Source: Eledone cirrhosa (lineage: Eukaryota). Taken from it: a DNA stretch of 64,000 nt. The notes below the pieces were generated by a model, which was not told the origin of the DNA, did not search any database, and worked only from the letters and a program-made list of their open reading frames with translations. Position numbers and translations under genes: made by a program. The first letter of the stretch is position 1. Each line of letters begins with the position of its first letter. Positions 58,446 to 64,000 of the stretch are shown piece by piece. The stretch lies in the NCBI GenBank assembly GCA_964016885.1, contig OZ024740.1, positions 149,544,001-149,608,000 of the forward strand, in the 5' to 3' direction.

Positions 58446-58744
58446 TTTATTGTTTAAACAATAAAGAAACAATTATTTATTGTTTAAACAATAAAGAAAT
58501 AATTATTTATTGTTTAAACATATTATCTTCGTTTTTTTTTCTTTCTTTGCCAGGGAACGTTTCCACGAACCAAAGTATCGTCTTCCTGTCTTCTTTCGGT
58601 TGCAACGTTTTTCGAAATATTTACTTCTGCGTTCACAGATTAATTATTTTAGTTTCAGAAGATCCCGTTAAGGGTGAAAGCAGCGATTCTTTGCGTAAAC
58701 TTTAATCTGTTATTTTAACATATATATATATATAGTTATATAAA

Positions 58745-59913
58745 TTCCATATTTTAAACTATGATAAAATGCTGCTTAACAGCAAAATAGAACGATTTAT
58801 TTTCTGTAGGCACAAAGCAGCTACCAAGTTCGCAAATTTCAAACCAACATGATTCGATCCAGCAATCTCAGAATTCAGACAGAACCACCCGGATTTTAAT
58901 GTACTGACTACATACCACCCCACTGTTATTAGCTGTCAACTGACCAACTGGTCACTAAATCAACATCATAAATCTCCTAACCTTTCTTTCACTCTCTCTC
59001 CCTAAAGCCACATCAACCTCATTAAGATAAGACAATCAGCCTGCCAGACATTTACCACGCCGTCTCATCGTATCCCCCCCCCCACACACACACTCTCTGT
59101 TTCCTGTTCTGTAACTTTTGCCCTCTCACTTAATTTTTAACTTATCTTTTATCTGTCATTTGTTACTATTTTTTTATTTTCTACTCTAAGCCTCTGAGAT
59201 TTGACCACTACATATGTATGTATCTAATGTTTCGTTTCACCTTATTATTATCTCTACCCTCACTTTCATCCTTACGGGGTCGATAAAATAAAGTACCAGT
59301 AATGCACTGATGAATTGCTGGCCTTGTGCCTAAAGTAGAAACAATTATCTCTACCCTCACCCCGTCTTTACACATACACTTACTCACAACTGTAACTTTA
59401 ATCACCACCACCAGCATTATTATCAGCAATCGTATTCTGTACTTATTATTTTTTTAACTTATTGTTTGCATCTTCATCATCTTCATTCTAGCTTCTTTAC
59501 CTCTTTATTATTATCTTTTATCATTGATGTTATTGTTTTGATTCTCCGTTGTATCTATAAATACCAATGCCATATGTAAAACCTCCAGTATTCTGATGAT
59601 TTGATCAGAGGTAAACACTGTATTTAAGGTCGAGTGACGCAACTTCGAGTGATTAGCGGCCTTTAGACTCACCTGATCAATGAAACAATTGTTAATACTA
59701 GAAATAAAACCTTTTTGTACAGCCGACTATGTTATTCTTCAATCTTTCACTATTATTACTCCAAGAATAACCTGCATAGGAATACTCGCGAACTCGCTAC
59801 CTAACGATGGAAACCTCTTGTTGAGTCAAACAACGCCGTACGTTAAAACTATCCACAATACAGAGTACTCACAACCTCTAACTGGATTACCTATAATGAT
59901 AACTTGTTATCCC
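58745..59913 (+). mobile_element. Naiad-like PLE 3' end with HHR at 59587-59699
   Basis: HILNYDKMLLNSKIERFIFCRHKAATKFANFKPT* aligns with YILRNEKRLLNNKIERSIFCRHRIATKFTRFKPP (55841 ORF); shared terminus TTGTTATCCC(TA)n; AGTATT-CTGATGA-T-TTGATCAG..CTGATCAA-T-GAAA-CAATTG-TT-AATACT. Confidence 0.85.
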
Positions 59914-61199
59914 ATATATATATTTATAAATACTGCAAAGCATTCTATACGATGTTCTAACGACTTTACCAATTTGCCACCGCTTTGTGAAGTTAAATAT
60001 ATTATATTATCTAATACTTTCCTCTATATATGCATTCAACTAATACTGGGACACCATAAACTTTAATTTTAAATAATTGTTTTTGATTTAGACACAGGAC
60101 CAACACTTGGGAGGAGGAGAAAGTCAATTAAATCGACCCTAGTGCGTTATTGGTACTTTATTTATAGACCTTGTAGGATGAAAGGCAAATATATCAGCGG
60201 GATATAAACTCAGAACGTAAAAGGGCGTAACTCAATGTCACGAAACATTCTGAAGGCCATCAAATTCTATTGACTTCGGAAGGATTAAAAGCAAAGTTGC
60301 CCTCAGAACGCAGAAAGTTCTGTTTAAATACTACAAAGTATTTTCTCTGACACTCTACCAATTCCACCAATCCACCGCGTAATATATGTAATTATAAAGG
60401 CACATGTGGGTCGAGAGAGTGTCAGTCTCTTAGCCTGCATCAATCAAAAGGTTTAGGAACTCTATTGTACGTATCCGGAAAATATTTTTTAGAATGTTTA
60501 AGAGACCTCATTTGGTATAAGGTGAACAATTTGATCAAGTTTATTTTTATTGTCTCATCAACTATGTTGACTTGGAATTAATTAGTGAATTTTTTTTTTT
60601 AACTTAATAAGTAAAAATCTAATCGGTTTTAATAAAATATAAACTAATTCAATGATAATTTGGAAATTATCATCTGAGTGTATAAATGATCGAATATTTC
60701 CTTATTCAACCAATAATTATGCCTTCAGGTCTGACCAGGCTGTCTAATTTATTTTCGATAGCACCGCAACTAATTTAGTTAATTATTTCCTATCTGCACG
60801 GGGCAGCAGGTTAACTCTTCACTCTATAGCGTCCAACCCAGTAGGTTAGAGTGCAAATCTATTTCAAGTATCTTTCTTAATGAACAACATTATCCAGCAC
60901 TACATGCTGACAACATATCCTTTAATCCTTACATCGACCAGACTATCAGATGTCCTTATACCTCACTAGTCACAATACATTTACATTCTCCTTCTCTTTC
61001 ATTTCGACTGGAATCCTTAGTGGCTTACAGGTGCATGAGATTTTAGTTACACATTTTTTTCTTATCGAAGGTGGACATATTATATCAACCCCAGCACTCG
61101 ACTAGTATTCCACTCTATCGACCCCAGAAGGAGGATTTGAGCCAGAACAAATCATCTTGTCCGACAGCCCCAATGATTCCGCAGTCCAGGTGACAGGTA

Positions 61200-61410
61200 G
61201 TATCATGGCTGACTGGTCAGAGAATTATATTCGCAATCTTGAGGTTGTGAGATCGATTCTCGGACCGGGTGATGCGTTATATCCTTGAGCAAGACACTTT
61301 ATTTCACGTTGGTCCTTCTACCTCGATTTGCGACCGTTAGATAGTATTAGCAATTGGAAAGACCAAAGGAAACCTTGTTTCCTCGGTCCGATTTGACGAA
61401 AGTCTATTGA
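61200..61410 (+). mobile_element. tRNA-derived SINE (copy of 44370-44585)
   Basis: Direct similarity over about 200 bp. Confidence 0.8.
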
Positions 61411-61421
61411 CTGTCAATATA

Positions 61422-62148
61422 TCTATCTATCTATCTACTACTAAAACTCTGATCTTGCGTGCTTGCTTGTCTGTTATGTAATACAGCCAAAAGGGCGCAT
61501 AATGGGTAAATACTTTGAAAGCAAGTTGCCTCTGAAATGGGAATACAAATTGAATAAAACAAGTTTCGCGAAAATCTGACCCCGGGTTCCCGAGATTCGC
61601 GGGTTTTGGGGGGTACCTTCGTAAATAGCCACAACGGTGCATACTGGGAAAATACCTCGAAATTAACATACCCCTGCAAAACTTCGTAAATAGCCAAAAC
61701 ATTGCATAATGAGAAAATACTCTGAATAAAACAAGTTTGGCGTAAATCGCTCATGGACAATATTTTCAATTTTCCAAAAATAGCAAGGAATTCATCTAAA
61801 TTCAATTTATCTTATTTTATAATGAATATCGAAAGAAATAATCCGTTTGTTTTTTGGTTGCCCATTCTGTAGGTAAGAGAGACAGAGAGGGGATGAAAGA
61901 GAGAGAGAGGGGTGAGAGAGAAAAAGAGAGAGTGAGGGTGAAAGAGAGAGAGGGTGATGACAGATAGGGAAAGAGACAGCGTCCTTAACTTTTATTTATT
62001 TTAACTCTTCCCCTATCCATAACGTTATTTCTTTCTCTCTCTTTCACAGTTATACTGCTACCGTGTGTATGTGTGTGTGCCAGTGCATGTGTTTACGTAC
62101 TTAGAGACATGTGTGTGTGTATGTGTGTGTAACAGTACTTAAGTTAGA

Positions 62149-62221
<73 letters not shown>

Positions 62222-64000
62222 GTGTGTGTGTGTGTGTGTGTATGTGTAGGATACTTTCGTAAATAGCCAAAACGGTGCATAATGGAAAAATAAGTGATAT
62301 AACCCTGAAATGGGGATAAAACAGGTTTGACGTAAATCGACATAAAAATATTTCTCGAATGATGAAAATAGTTAAATAATTATTAAAAAAAGATTTTTCA
62401 GTGATTTCTCAGTGAATATGATTTCAAAACTACAAGTTGTTTGCACTTCAAGTATCCATATTCGAGCTATCTTTAAACAGACGATATTTTAATTATCAGA
62501 AAAACATTAAATGAATATCACTGAAAAATACCAGTTGGTGTTAAACAGTAGGTGTTTATATGTTTGCTTTTGTTAAAAAGAATATTTCAGTTATTTAGAA
62601 ATATTTAAAAGTGAATTTGATTTCACAAATAGCTTTATTTACATAGACAATATCTTCATTTTTTTAAAATTATTTTCAAGTGAATACGATGGAAAAAATA
62701 TTTCTTGGCATATTTAAAAAATATTCTTAAGTGAAAATGACTTAAAAAATACAAATTATTTGAACACTGAGTATATATATTTCAGCTTTCTTTAAACAGA
62801 ATATTTTAATTATTAATAAGTAGTTTTTAAGTGAATATGATTTGAAAAATACGAGTTGTTTAAACAGACAATATTTTCATTATTTAGAAATATTTCTAAA
62901 TGATGATTTAAAAAAAATATTTGTTGAGGTAATAGGAATTTTTTCTTAGGTGAATACGATTTTCTATTCTTAAATAATGCCTCGACGAGGAAGAAAGAAA
63001 ACATCTGGTTGGTCTATCGATAGTGGAAAGAAAGCACGGCTAAGGAGAGCCGAAGAAGGTGAGCAAGATAGTGGTCAACGCCAACAAGATCGAGACAGGC
63101 ATGCGAATAGAAGGATCGATGAGACTGATAAAGCAAGGGCTGCGCGTCTGGCGGAACAGAGGGAAAGAGACAGAAGCAGGAGAGATCATGAATCGGATGG
63201 TCGGAGAGCTGCGCGTCTGGCGAAACAGAAGGAAAGAGACAGAAGCAGGAGAGATCATGAATCGTGTGGTCGGAGAGCTGAGCGTCTGGCGGAACAGAGG
63301 GAAAGAGACAGAAGCAGGAGAGATCATGAATCGGATGGTCGGAGAGCTGCGCGTCTGGCGAAACAGAAGGAAAGAGACAGAAGCAGGAGAGATCATGAAT
63401 CGTGTGGTCGGAGAGCTGAGCGTCTGGCGGAACAGAGGGAAAGAGACAGAAGCAGGAGAGATCATGAATCGGATGGTCGGAGAGCTGCGCGTATGGCGGA
63501 ACAGAAGGAAAGAGACAGAAGCAGGAGAGATCATGAATCGGATGGTCGGAGAGCTGAGCATCAGGCAGAACAGAGGGAAAGAGACAGAAGAAGGAGAGAT
63601 CATGAATCGGACGCTCGGAGAACTGAATGTCTTTGCCAACAAACCATTAGGGATAGAGCAAGGACAGTTCAACGACGTGACCTCTCTGCTGATGTTGGAC
63701 AGATGAATAAGATCTGTGTCTGTTGTCATGCAATGCTTTTTCATGGTGAAACTGCTAACTTTTGCTGTATGAATGGAAAAGTCAGGTTGGGGAATCTGCA
63801 CCCTTTACCCCAGGACCTTCACAGTTTATTTAGTACTGATCAACCTAGGGCAAACGAGTTCAGGAAGAACCTCAGACAATACAACTGCCTGTTCCAAATG
63901 ACATCTTTTGGGGCCGAAGAAGTTCGTTCCTCAAGGAGTGGATGGAATCCTTCTATCGTTATTCATGGTCAAATTCACCATTACATCGGTTCCTTAACCC
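61422..64000 (+). mobile_element. Helitron 5' part
   Basis: A|TCTATCTATC..TCTACTACTAAAA 5' end, internal degenerate repeats, then RepHel ORF. Confidence 0.75.
62977..64000 (+). CDS. Helitron RepHel N-terminus, open to window end (not in ORF track)
   Basis: MPRRGRKK.., about 7 x 23-aa (69-bp) R/E-rich repeats, then DVGQMNKICVCCHA..E...CCMNGKV, FRKNLRQYNCLFQMTSFGA, IHGQIHHYIGSL; ATG 62977 and ATG 63703 share a frame. Confidence 0.9.
   Translation, partial: MPRRGRKKTSGWSIDSGKKARLRRAEEGEQDSGQRQQDRDRHANRRIDETDKARAARLAEQRERDRSRRDHESDGRRAARLAKQKERDRSRRDHESCGRRAERLAEQRERDRSRRDHESDGRRAARLAKQKERDRSRRDHESCGRRAERLAEQRERDRSRRDHESDGRRAARMAEQKERDRSRRDHESDGRRAEHQAEQRERDRRRRDHESDARRTECLCQQTIRDRARTVQRRDLSADVGQMNKICVCCHAMLFHGETANFCCMNGKVRLGNLHPLPQDLHSLFSTDQPRANEFRKNLRQYNCLFQMTSFGAEEVRSSRSGWNPSIVIHGQIHHYIGSLT

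Noticed and set aside
58435-58520. 30-bp x3 tandem (also 27-bp x3 at 11841-11922)
   Set aside because: Local slippage duplications with no further structure
63040-63801. 253-aa antisense and 215-aa alternative-frame ORFs
   Set aside because: Shadows of the 69-bp repeat; the Helitron motifs are in the frame starting at 62977

Overview
AT-rich animal genomic DNA with no recognisable host gene. The CORE-type and Nin/Deu-type tRNA-SINEs look octopus/cephalopod-like (inference). About 1-15 kb is an ordinary TE graveyard: a Helitron 3' end with Pif1 helicase, Tx1/L1, R4/Dong and RTE LINEs, SINEs and a Tigger-like MITE. About 15-60 kb is a nested pile-up of Penelope-like elements (PLEs; Neptune-like and GLYRDD Naiad-like) and short non-coding derivatives. 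Nearly all end in (TA)n tracts and many have fold-back inverted ends. Reading by eye gives more than 30 type I hammerhead ribozyme (HHR) motifs from about 10 sequence families. The centrepiece is a non-coding retrozyme-like satellite family in three subfamilies: 17 HHR-bearing ~430-bp units at 31128-39777, 2.7 units of 466 bp at 42387-43658, and dispersed or fold-back monomers. Each unit has the order octamer - TATA - HHR - structured body - hairpin + T-run. A second Helitron 5' end with an open RepHel N-terminal ORF closes the window. Coordinates are hand-read and boundaries approximate; no folding, alignment or database search was run.
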